Positions 25,634 through 40,211 of a DNA stretch of 64,000 bases are shown here, piece after piece. Position numbers and translations under genes: made by a program. The stretch's first letter is position 1. Each line of letters opens with the position of its first letter. The notes below the pieces were generated by a model. The model saw nothing but the letters and a program-made list of their open reading frames with translations. It did no database searches and was not told the DNA's origin. This DNA is from Octopus vulgaris (Eukaryota). Location of the stretch: assembly GCA_951406725.2 (NCBI GenBank), contig OX597822.1, positions 87,916,001 to 87,980,000 on the forward strand. The letters are read 5' to 3'.

Positions 25634-26019
25634 GTCTATCTGTCTGTCTCCATCTTTGTCTCTCTCTCTCTTTCGGTTTCTCTCTCTCAATGTATATATA
25701 TGTGTGTGTGTGTGTATGTTACGTATAAAGTGCTAAGTATTATGCATGTAGCATTATGTATTTAGGAATGCAGTATAATGCATATAATGTGTGTGCGTGT
25801 TTGACTTTTGTATAGTTATATATACAAATATTCACTGAAGGATCACTCAATACATTTGAGTAACTGCTTTAAGGGAAAAAAATGCCTCGTAGTGTGTGTG
25901 TGTGTAAATTTTATTACGTTAAATGTGGTATCGTGAAGCCAGCTATATTACTGTCTGACCCTGGTGGTAACCTATTTAACCACTGTTACTGTCAAACATT
26001 AGTTCAGATAGTTATACTG

Positions 26020-26860
26020 TGATCCCCCAACCTACTCTCTCCCTCGTGCCCCTCTTTCACTCATTTACCTTCTGTCTATATCTTACTTCACTATCTCTCA
26101 CACTCTATCGCTCCCCCCTCTCTCTCCCACTATATCCTGTCACAATCTATATCACTCACTCTATCCCTCAGTATCTTTTTAAGTCACTATTTCTCACACT
26201 ACCTATCTGCCCTGTCTATCTACCTTTTCCACTATGTCTGTTTCTGTCTCTCCCCTCTCTCTCTCTCTCTCTTTCTCTATCTATCTATCTCGTCTTACTT
26301 TCTCATACCCACTTCCCCCTTTCTCACTCTTATTCAAATTTCTATTTCCATTTTCTCTCCATTGTCTTACTGCTTTATATTACCTTTGCCGTGTCTCTCT
26401 TCTCCCTTCTTCCTTCCTCTTTCTCTCTCCCTCTCACCTCTCTCATTTCACTACCTCGTTTCTTTCTCATTCTCCTTCACATACTTCTCACCTCTTGTTT
26501 TTCCTGTCTATTCCCAGTCTCTCTTATATACACTCTCTTTTACTCCTTCCGTATCTTTCTCCATTTCGGTTTTTTTTCTTCCTTCATCGCTCTTGTCAGT
26601 CCTAGCTCTCTCTCTCTCTCCCTCCCCTCTCTCTCTCTTCCTCCCCTTTCTCTCTCTTTCACTCTTTCTTCCTCCCCTCTCTTCCTCTCCTCTCTCTTCC
26701 TCTCGTCTCTCTTCCTCCTCCTTCTCTTTCACTCTCTCTTCCTCTCGTCTCTCTTTCACTCTCTCTTCCTCTCTCTCTCACTCTCTTCCTCCTCTCTCTC
26801 GTTCTCCTCCTTTCTTCTTTCCTCGTCGCAATATGTCCTTTCCTTCTCCCTTCAGTATAT
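26020..26860. repeat. CT-rich polypyrimidine low-complexity tract
   Basis: Seen directly; it explains the L/S/F-rich ORFs. Confidence 0.9.
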
Positions 26861-27099
26861 CTGTCACCTTTATGTTCTATAATTTACAATGAGGACTGGA
26901 TCCATTCATCAAAGTCCTTGTTCTAATTAATATAGTTACAATCCTCAACATATTTTCATCTGCGCGCTTGTATTTACACTGCCCGCTTATATTTGCCTAA
27001 TTTCTTTATCTTAAACATTCTTTTGAATTCGTACCTATTAACATTGAAAATCTATTATATATACTCCGCTATAGATCCGTTGTGCTGTGTGTCCTGTTT

Positions 27100-27320
27100 A
27101 GATGTCCATATATACCCAGTTTATACGTCCATTGTGTTATGTACCCGTTTTACACGTCTTTCGTGTTTTACGCGTTTGTCGTGTTATGTACCCGTTTTGC
27201 ACGTCTATCGTGTTACATACCCGTTTTACGTCTGCCCATCACACTATGGAATCACGTCCATCATGCTATGTACCCATTTTACACATCCATCCTATTATGT
27301 ACCCATCGTATTACGTAACT
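27100..27320. repeat. Degenerate ~30-bp minisatellite
   Basis: Recurring GTGTTATGTACCCGTTTTACACGTC units. Confidence 0.8.
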
Positions 27321-27520
27321 AGTAACGTATAATGTTGTGTACTCCATACATTTAGTATATGTGTATTAGAGAGTGTGTATATATATAGTGTATATTTGAA
27401 GTAATAAAAAAAAGATTTATAAATTTAACAAGGCATAGAAATCAGAACTGTTGGCATTCAATAAAACCATATTCCTTAATGCTTTTGTAAATATGAAGTA
27501 ACCTCGTTATGTGTAACAGG

Positions 27521-28090
27521 CAGTGGTGGGCACAGCTACCCAAAATGTTCGCTTCGCTAACCGACTAATCCGCTAACTAAAAAACGTTATCTTTGCAAAC
27601 GGTAAACTGTTAAACAAGTAAAAAAAAAATAAAAAAAAAATTAGCTGTAGCTAACACTAACTGATGACTGCTAACTTTTATCATATGAATTTAACCTCGG
27701 CTTGGTTTTGGGGCTTTAAACCCCTTAAAAACAGACATAGAGATCTGAAATGTTCATGTTGTAACTTAGACAAAGAGCCAAGATCAGATGATGACCAAGG
27801 TGTACGCAAGTAACTAAATGATCAAATGAAATTAAAGATGACGGTCAAGGTGTACTACTCTGGCTGGGCCTTCTCCATCGCCTCAACATGATGCTTGATT
27901 ACCCTTCATAAACATCAGCCTCTCAAAGTTACCATCTGGTGATTTTTCCAGGCATTGCTGTTATAAGATAATTAGTAATGTGTCAATTAATAATTTAAGA
28001 TTTTACCTTATAAAATACTGAAAGATAATATTTCAGTTTTTCCATGTATGTGATGATAATATTTCAATTTTTTCATGCTTAATTTAAATA
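27521..28090. mobile_element. hAT element end with GCTAA subterminal repeats
   Basis: CAGTGGTGGGCACAG terminus followed by repeated CGCTAA/GCTAAC motifs, mirrored at 34580-34712. Confidence 0.6.
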
Positions 28091-28105
28091 TATGTTGAGA
28101 TTAAA

Positions 28106-28336
28106 GGCGGCGAGCTGGCAGAAACGTTAGCACGCCGGGCGAAATGCGTAGCCGTATTTCGTCTGCCGTTACGTTCTGAGTTCAAATTCCGCCGAGGTCG
28201 ACTTTGCCTTTCATCCTTTCGGGGTCGATAAATTAAGTACCAGTTGCGCACTGGAGTCGATGTAATCGACTTAATCCATTTGTCTGTCCTTGTTTGCCCT
28301 CTCTGTGTTTAGCCCCTTGTGGGTAGTAAAGAAATA
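28106..28336 (+). mobile_element. tRNA-derived SINE family 2, well-preserved copy
   Basis: GGCGGCGAGCTGGCAGAA head, GAGTTCAAATTCC B-box, GAGGTCGACTTTGCCTTTCATCCTTTCGGGGTCGATAAA core. Confidence 0.85.
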
Positions 28337-29073
28337 TATATGTTGTGATTGAATTATTTGATATTACCCATCCACACGAAATTAATGGCAGGGATTTTTA
28401 CCATGTTATTGGTTGCACCATGGCTCACCAAAAGTTACAAACAAAATCATCAGTTACCAGGCTCACCTTAAGTAAACTAATTTTGCAATATTATGAGGTC
28501 ACAGGAATTCATTCATTCAAAAAAAAAATTCCAATGATTCCGGAATTTTTTCCAAACCAAAATAAGGGATTTGTAGCATATTAGGTTAGGGTACTTGATT
28601 CCACGCAAAAAAAAAAAAAAAATCAAATTTTTTTTTCTTTTCTTAGTGAAAATCATGCGGGTGTTAATATAGAAATTGACCATAATGATTGTTGTTATTT
28701 AGCCTGAAATCTACCCTGATATTGCAAACGTATCATAAAAGAGATTCCAACCTTCAGCAAACCGTCGTTTTAGGGATAATCTAGAACATTACATACAAGA
28801 TATCACAGGCACAGGGAGGAATACAGATGTTGGTCGGCTGACCGCCGAACCAAGGAAGAAAGGTCAGGCTTGGCTGAACATCAGTCATGAGGAGAGAAGA
28901 GAGAGGCGTAGAGGCAGAGGGACAGAAGAAATAAGGAGGGGCGATAAAAAATGACAGGGACATAGTGAAGTGAAAAGACAAGGGAAAGTGAGCATAAAGA
29001 GAGGACAAGGGAAAGTGAGCATAAAGAGAGGGCAAGGAAATGTGAGAGAGGGGGAACGATATATGTGTGTGTA

Positions 29074-29220
<147 letters not shown>

Positions 29221-29224
29221 CACA

Positions 29225-29264
<40 letters not shown>

Positions 29265-29710
29265 AAAAAAAAAAAAAAAAATATATGGCTTAGAGAAGAA
29301 GAAGAAACGAAACGAAACGAATCGAATCGAATCGACGCGAGGGCGCTCAGTCATACAATAGTGTAAAAAATAAAATATATGCATACATACAAACATATAT
29401 GTACGTACCTACATCAACATGTATATATACATGCATATATAAATATATATACGTGTGTACAGGACACCACAAATAGACGTAGAACTCAACGAGAAACGAA
29501 AAAGTAAAAACAGCATGGAACGGACCATTTTTTTAACAACGAAAAAACAGAGTACAAGACAACTACACAAGGAAAAATCCCCTTCATCAGCTGTCCCTAG
29601 TTCAACTCCATGTCTATATATATATGTCTATATATATGTATATATATATATATATATATAAATATGTATGTGTATATATGTGTATTTCTATGTGTATATA
29701 TGTATGTATG

Positions 29711-29759
<49 letters not shown>

Positions 29760-30016
29760 ATAAAGACAGGTGTTATTCAAATCTTTGAAAGATTTGAATA
29801 ACACCTGCGTTTAACTCCATTTCTTTATGTATCTGTTATACAGAAACATTTCACTAAACCCTAGAATTTCTACCTTTGTTAGTAGGCTGCGACATCCTTC
29901 GTACTCATGTGAACTTTTTCTACCCTGGTAACTATTTATTTTCCCCCCTGTTATTTGTACACGTTGAAAACATACACATATATTTATATATATATTTATG
30001 AATACATATATATATA

Positions 30017-30841
30017 GGATCTTTTCCTTTTGAACGGCAGTTTTCAACACAATTTCTAGTTAACTAAACACTTTTAAACTTCGTATACTGGTAGAATGTG
30101 TTTATAAAACATCATTTTTTCTTGGCTTTATTGAGAAAATTCTATATGTTGTAACATATTTCGACTTTAATTTCGAGCATTTCGGCAATTTTAACCAATC
30201 GCTGACCTCCATTTGGGGTGAAAACATTCCGTGCTGTATGAATATGTCCCTCGTTTAAGAAACAGATTGGGTTTATTTACATTTGCGAAGAAAAAAAGAT
30301 ACCCTTCCCCCCACCCCTAATCCTAACCTTGACCATAACTCTAACCCTAACCCTAAAATAGATTGAAATGCAATAGATCGATACTAGGTTATAATTATGG
30401 GTGACAATTTCATACGACGCCGCTACGGAAAATGGGATTTTTTTCTAGCGGTGTCAAATGAAATTGTCAGTCATAATTATAACCCTAGTATCGATCTATT
30501 GCATTTCAATCTATTTTAGGGTTAGGTTTAGAGTTAGGGTTAGGGGTGGGGGAAGAGTATCTTTTTTTCTTCGCAAATGTAAATAAACCCAATCTGTTTC
30601 TTAAACGAGGGACATATTCATACAGCACGGAATGTTTTCACCCCAAATGGAGGTCAACGATTGGTTAAAATTGCCGAAATGCTCGAAATTAAAGTCGAAA
30701 TATGTTACAACATATAGAATTTTCTCAATAAAGCCAAGAAAAATGATGTTTTATAAACACATTCTACCAGTATACGAAGTTTAAAAGTGTTTAGTTAACT
30801 AGAAATTGTGTTGAAAACTGCCGCTCAAAAGGAAAAGATCC
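30017..30841. mobile_element. Fold-back (palindromic) composite of the Merlin-like MITE
   Basis: Two ~410-bp near-identical arms in inverted orientation; outer ends GGATCTTTTCCTTTTGA / TCAAAAGGAAAAGATCC. Confidence 0.92.
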
Positions 30842-33215
<2,374 letters not shown>

Positions 33216-33699
33216 CTGTTCTAGCAGCAATGGTTTTTGTGATCACGTGAGTTATACAATTTTTTTCGCTGGTTGCAAGGAAGCAGGAAATGTGATTGCT
33301 GTATCGTATAACCATATTTTGTTTATAGAAATCACACGGACTGTAGTTTAACTCTTGTTACTAAGCTGTTCGAAATTCATGAATATATTGCTTATAATTT
33401 AAAGCCTTGTTATTAAACTTTTGAAAATAGTGACACTGCCCTGATAGGTGTCGCGTTGGAGGCGGTGATGGAATAATGGTCGGAATTTAATAAGTTCAGA
33501 ACTTAAAGTTCGTTAATTCGTTAATTCATTAATGACTGCTGTTCTGGCTGCGCAGACTTAATCATGTGTGGAATATATATATACCGTATATTATATATTA
33601 TGATATTTCTTTCAGTTAATTATTATACATTTTATTACATTAAGAACATAATTATTTAATGAAGTACGCCGTAATAATGATTTAATAAACTTGTATAAT

Positions 33700-34712
33700 T
33701 TTGATTTATAAATATCTTGTAAGATATTCCTCAAGCTGTTTATGGCTGGCCATGATCAACCTGCCCAGGGTGCGGCGAGACATTGACGTCTTCTTCGGGT
33801 TCAGCGTCTTGATCAAGCCGACAAAAATGGGGGACTCTGCTACATGCAGCGGTAGCATGTTGTCGACAAACATGTCTACAATCCTTCTGTGCACTGGAGA
33901 GGGGCGGACGCAAGTGCCAGCAGTTTGAGCAAACGCCTCGCCAATGCTGGCCTGTCGTACTTTCTTTTCACATGGCTACGACGACTGGCTACTGGCGCTG
34001 CTACCTGAAGATTACCTGTGTTTCCAACGGGAAGAGCCAGCCTTGATTCTCTCCTCAATCTGAATGGCATGCGCTTGGTTTTTCCTCTCGACATGCGACA
34101 TCAAGTTGTAGAGGCTCACCGCATGTCTCTTGATGGTTGTCTCCTTGGACTGGCATATAGCGCACCGGAAGTACAGGATTTTGGCGTTCCTCTTATCCCT
34201 TGACGTAAGAATATTGTAGTCCTCCAGTTGGAACCACGGGTTCTGAGACTCTTCTCTTTCAACCTGAGCGACCTCTGCCTCAACTGCAGCTATTGCAGTC
34301 TCCTCAACAGGCCCTTCATCCTCAGGCCGAACAAAAACGTCTTCATCATCCATAACGATAAGCTTACACTGCTGCTGCTGACACTGTAAGACTGTCTGTT
34401 GTGTGACAACGTCGTAAGTGAACACAACTCAAAACTGCACAATTACACTATGCTGCTTAGTTTCTGCTGCGTCGAGCAATCATATCTTGTCACGTGTACA
34501 CGTAGTCAGCCAATAGCGTGCCTGACGGATTCTTCGAGACACGTCCACAACATGCGTATGAATTTTGTAAGCAGACTTGAATTTAGCCGAAGGTAATTGG
34601 GCCGCTAACGGTTTTCAAAATTGGCGGAAACGCTAATCCGCTAAACGAAAAGTTAGCTTCGCTAATTAGCTTCGCTGCTGTTAGCGGATTAACGGAACCG
34701 TGTCCGCTATCG
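33700..34712 (-). pseudogene. hAT (Ac/ZBED-type) transposase 5' remnant with terminal region
   Basis: BED-finger-like PW..FRCAIC..NLMSHVERK and DBD-like FVDNMLPLHVAESPIF..LNP..MSRRTL. GCTAA repeats and a degenerate TIR at ~34600-34712. Confidence 0.8.
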
Positions 34713-34813
34713 TACAAAATAGAAAATACAACTTCGTGGAGTTGTTTGTGTACATACACAAGTTATTTGAGATCTCTAGTCTATCCTGTATGATAGTTTC
34801 ATCTCGTAACTAT

Positions 34814-34847
<34 letters not shown>

Positions 34848-34855
34848 GGGAGAGG

Positions 34856-34886
<31 letters not shown>

Positions 34887-36267
34887 TATGTCAAAGTAAG
34901 TAGCGAGTAAAAGTAGTGTGTTGTCCCACGCATAATGACGTTGCTTCTCCATCGTGGACGGAAAGCAGGAGGAAGAAAAAGAGACGGTCTCTGATTAGAA
35001 GTAGAAACCAAACACGATGAAAGCGATTTGGCTTCGTGTATTTATATTTTTCGTAACTAATTAGGTGAAGCGAAAATAGATATTTTTCCTCTCTATTCAG
35101 CTGATAAATGCCTCGTGAAAGATGAAGTCAGCATATTCTCATACATTTCTTAGTGCAACAGACGAAAACAATAGGCTGATGACTTGAGGAAAAAACGTGG
35201 ATTAGGTTTCGAATCCTAGCTTAGAAAGTTGGTAGCTGTTCAATACACTTTCACCAACATCTACAATATTAGACTGGATACTCAGATAAATCCGCCATAT
35301 GGATTTCAAGATGACACTAACCCCAAATGGGACCTCAGATAAACAGAAAATCTTTTTGGTTTTTATATTGATGTAGTTTATCATGCTAATTTCGAAGATC
35401 ATAAACATTTTTGGAGAAATTGATAAAGAAATAGTTACGAAACGTTCAGAGATTGAAATTTTAAAAAACATTTTAGCCAATCAGACCGATCCATATTGTA
35501 CACGTTGTGACAATATTATGGAAATTGCCATAATTCTTTTGTTTGTTTGTTTCCTAAATGCGGCGCAAGGAAAAGTTGCAACTATTTTTTTTTTAGAAAA
35601 AAATGTTACAAAATCTTTAGAAATGAAAATACCTAATGAAAGAAACCGAATTAACATTTATAATGAAATTCTTTGGTGATGTACTGCAAACCATAACACT
35701 AACCATAAATCCAGTCCTAAACCTTAACTCTAACCCCTAACGTGAAGATAGTTTGCTGGATGGAATATCGAAAATGGATAAACGTGAATGGATAAAAGAG
35801 TTTCAATCATGCAAAAGTTAATAACTTTTTAATTACTTTCACCAAAAATGATTGTGATTTTTGTAATTGGCATGCAAAACTACATCTGTGTAGAAATACT
35901 CAATAAAATCGGGGGTGGGGGAGCCAAATTGAAAAGATCAATAGAGTGATGGGGAGGCTGAGGCATAAAAGTCAGTCCAGACAGCTTTTGAGTATCAAAT
36001 CATGTCACTCAGACAACACTTGCTGAGCCAGTAAAATGCGAGATGAGCTCATCACATGTATACTTTCTACAGCAAAGGTAATAAAAATCATGAGATTAAG
36101 CTTAAAATTCTGGAATAAGTACTCGTAAGTACTCTGAGTGTTACCTGCTCCATGTGAACCAATGGTTGTGGGACTAACCTACCTACCTTGAACAGAAACT
36201 TGGAGGATAAATACTAATCACATCAGTAGAAAATTACCCCGGAAGCTAAAGGATACCAACAATATTG

Positions 36268-36430
36268 GTTTCAAATTTTCGCACATGGCCAACAAATTCG
36301 AGGTAGGTGGGTAAGTCGATTACATCGACCACTGTGTTCAACTGGTACTTATTGTATCGATCTCCGAAAGGGTGTAAGGTAAAGTCGACCTCGGCGGAAT
36401 TTGAACTCGGAACGTAAAGACGAATAAATT
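36268..36430 (-). mobile_element. SINE family 2
   Basis: CTGGTACTTA..AAAGTCGACCTCGGCGGAATTTGAACTC. Confidence 0.8.
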
Positions 36431-37277
36431 GTTAGTAAGCATTTTGAGAATATCAATAATATTGGTAGGAATATTACCCCGCTCCCCAGGATCTACTATA
36501 AGGACAACCGACCTCATCTGGAATACTACAGTTTTCGCTATCCAAGAACAGGAAGTAGTTACTAAATACCTGGTCAATAAAAGAGATAAGGATTCGTCCA
36601 AAACACCACTTTACGATAGAAACTGTTTGCGCCATACCTGTGTTGAAGACATCAACTACATCATTAGTAGCTGACCAAAAATGCCGGCATTATATCGTTC
36701 TTAAACCATTTAATCTTATATGCGCGGCTATGGGTATATATACATTCATAATGAGTAATAAAACACGCATTTATAATATTTATACTTCTTAATATATTTC
36801 TTTTACACACATTTGTGTGTTAAAGAGACGTAGAAGAGATTCGTTATATGAGTGCAAGTATATACCCACATGTGCCTACATATATACACACACTAACTCA
36901 TTTACAGATGTCTAGAACTATCTTAACTTAAACAAAAGAAGCCTTGTCACTTTCTCGGCGGCGTGAATTGTGAAGAACTTCAAAGAAAAGCACTCACAAA
37001 CATATATTCATAGATACATGCATGCTACATGATGATAGCTTCCTCTTAACAGATGATAACTCACTCCATATCATCCCGATAATATTCGTTATATCCATGT
37101 GCTCTGGCGTGTCCCTTCGTCGCCACTCCTCCATTGCCGCAGGATTTTTACAGAGTGACATGTTGAACTAGATGGAATGAGACATTTGTATGTCGTTGGA
37201 TTAAAGTGACATACGCTTCTACAGCACGTATCCCACTCCCTAAGTACTAGTAACCGGAATCCAGTGACAAGCATCAC

Positions 37278-37309
<32 letters not shown>

Positions 37310-37440
37310 TATTCTTCTATAGGCACAAGACTTGAAATTGTGACGGAGAGAGCAGCTGATTACACCGAACTTAGTGCTTAATTGGTACTTATTTATCAAC
37401 TCCAAAAGGATGAAAGGCAAAGCCGACCGCAATATGAACA
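37310..37440 (-). mobile_element. SINE family 2 fragment
   Basis: TGGTACTTATTTATC..AAAGGATGAAAGGCAAAG. Confidence 0.65.
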
Positions 37441-37779
37441 GACTTCTGATGAAAGCCATCCCTAATCCGCGCGCTCATGCTCAATTCAAGCACGAATACA
37501 CTCGTTCATGCTCTTTCCCCTCTTAACTATCCCGCTATAGAACCGTATTTCCACCTGGCCCCCAAACTCCTCGCTCGTACTTTTTATCTTTTTCTCCTTC
37601 TCTTTCTCTTTCATTTTCATCTATACTTTTCTTCTGGTGAAGGACTAACATCCGAAACGTTGTGTTTTCCTTCATTTTTATGCATCAAGCTAATGCATTT
37701 ATTAAAACTTGTCTTCCTGAGTTGTCTTTCTTCTTTATTTTTGTTCATTGTCTTCATGTGCGCGCGCGCACACACATAC

Positions 37780-37822
<43 letters not shown>

Positions 37823-38569
37823 TGAATTCATACACACACACGCTCAGATTAACCTAAAGGTCCTACAGACCTTATTAGCATTCGTATACATGCTTGATTT
37901 AATGACATTCATATTCATGTTCTTTTCATACCATACCCCAAGCTATTGACACATATCCACATCTAACTACTTGCTACCACCTTAAACACTTCTGTACGCA
38001 CATCTACATCAAGTTGCTAGCTGCCACCTTGAACACCTCTTTCTCTTGTTTATGATAAGAGATGATAAGCTCGTGTTTATTTTACACAAGTCATGCTGTA
38101 ACAGATTTAAACACACACACACACACACATATACCATTCTGTTTGTCTCTGTTCAGCTATTTATATCTATGTATATGTTTCTCTCTCTCTCTCTCTCTCA
38201 TATTTATATATACAATTATATATTAGTAATAGATGGATTCTTGTATTTAGTTACATATTGAAATATTTTACCAATATTTAGATCTAATGATACTGAAGTT
38301 CCGTATATGGCGTTAACTACAGAAGCTGCTTATATTAAATCATGAAAGAGAATGTTATCAAACAGTTATTGTTATGAAAATTAGTGGTTCCAAAATCATT
38401 CAAAATTATGTTATATCCTCCATTTAATTTTGTCAGTTGTTTATTATCTGAAACATTTCATCTGAAAGTGATTACAATAAGCGGAATTCCATTTGATTAC
38501 CTGCCTTCAGAAAATCTGTTGCTCTATCCGTACTTTAAATATAGTCTAGGTGGTATTTTATTTATCTCT

Positions 38570-38900
38570 TATCTTTTACGTGTTTCAGTTATTAGACTGT
38601 GGCTGGTGTACTGCCTTGAGGAATTTTAGTCGAACGAATTGAGCCCAGTACTATTTTGTTTTTTAAACCTGGTACTTATTCAATCAGTCTCTTTCACAGA
38701 ACCGTTAAGTTACGGAGATGTAAACACCAACATCGGTTATCAATCAATGGTGGGGGACAAACAGACACACATACACATAGGTATACATACATACGACAGG
38801 CTTATTCACTCGGTCCCAGGCTATAGTAGAAGACACCCGCTGAAGGTGCCACGCAGTGGGAGTGTTGGAAAGCAAACTTTTTACTACATACCCACGCCTG
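38570..38900 (-). mobile_element. SINE family 1, degraded
   Basis: GTTTCAGTTATTAGACTGTGGC..TATAGTAGAAGACAC..AAGGTGCCACGCAGTGGGA. Confidence 0.75.
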
Positions 38901-38986
38901 AGTAAATTTTATATTTCTTTCAGACATTTATTTCTTGGTGAGTGAAATATTTCAGCATGGGGAGGAGAGGAGAAAACTAAGAATTA

Positions 38987-39287
38987 CAGGCATGCCTCGA
39001 CTTACGTCGGTAATTGGTTCCAAGATATACGACTTAACTCAAAAAACCACGTAACAAGAAAAATCAGTTTAAAACATTTATTAGCTTATATCTGTTCTAA
39101 TAAATGGTTTCTACATATTTTCGCATGTAGTTTGTCTATTTTTTTTTTACTTTAGAGAAGTCCAATAGAATACACATAAAAATGTTTTTTTAAAATCTAT
39201 GTTTTTAAATAAATTCGTATAAAATCGGATAAATCAACTGAAATTACACATTAAGTCGAAAAAGAAACCAAAGTTGAGGTATATCTA
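38987..39287. mobile_element. Tigger-like MITE
   Basis: TA-CAGGCATGCCTCGACTT, with a degenerate inverted end AAGTTGAGGTATATCT. Confidence 0.55.
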
Positions 39288-39414
39288 TGTCTTTATTGGA
39301 ACTCACTTGAACGTGGTAATTGGTTTTAAATGTCACATAAACGCAATGAGTTTTTTCTTCTTAATTTAATGAAAAAAATAACTCAGAACATTTACGAAAT
39401 ATTTTATTTAAACA

Positions 39415-40211
39415 CTTGCAGCATAGCCCGGCGTTGCCCGGGTATGTAAGAGCCCCTAGTAGGCAACGACTAATCCCAATCTAGTCCTTTCTCTCTAGGG
39501 AACGAAGGCGCATGTGTAGGTTGCAATGTCTTCTCTTCACTCCCAAATAACTATCAAACAGCTATCGATAATTCAACCCAAACAATTCCTACCAGGAAGA
39601 AATTACATTCGAGACTTTACCCCCAACACCGCCACTTCTGCTAATAGCTGTTGCAGCCGCAAGTTATTCGAATACTTTTTTTGTTTACACTTTCTTTATA
39701 ACTACCACCCCAAACGTTTTACCTTAAATTTTTGACGTACCCTAAGGGTCCTCGGACGCTACTTGCAAACTCTTGGTTTATTATAAACCGCTTTTGTCGT
39801 GTGCATCAAAAAACCTTTTCCATTCGTTTGTTCAGTTTGGTCACTTTTGACTTTTTCGTTGTTGTCACTCACATTGCTGCCCGCTTTTTTGCCGTTTTTG
39901 TACATTTTTATACATTTTGGGAAACTTACCCCACGTGTTCCGAGAGTTAAAAAGGTCGAGTTGCGTCCCCTAGACAGTCTGTAGAAAATGTGTTGCATAT
40001 AAAAAGCTTAGATTCTCGACCCATGTCGAATTTATCGATTTTTTTTCAGAACTGGGGGAACTTTTCAAAATTTTCGCTGCGTTAGTTTTGAATTATGACA
40101 TTGGGCTATGTGTGTGTCAAGTTTCATCAGAATCGGTTGAAAGCCGTGGTCAGGGTGAGGGTACAACCTGACAGACACACAGACAAACAAACTGCCGTTT
40201 ATATATAGAGA
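39415..40211 (-). mobile_element. Non-autonomous Helitron
   Basis: Minus 5'-TCTCTATATATA; 3' hairpin CCCGGGCAACGCCGGG, then CAAG (mutated CTAG); A|T insertion site. Confidence 0.8.

Noticed and set aside
26019-26892. 287-aa hydrophobic membrane-like ORF
   Set aside because: CT low-complexity tract.
28106-28200. tRNA gene
   Set aside because: A/B-box similarity belongs to a multi-copy SINE head with no complete cloverleaf.
29460-29610. CTGATGA on the minus strand as a hammerhead core
   Set aside because: No stem II followed by GAAA was found downstream.
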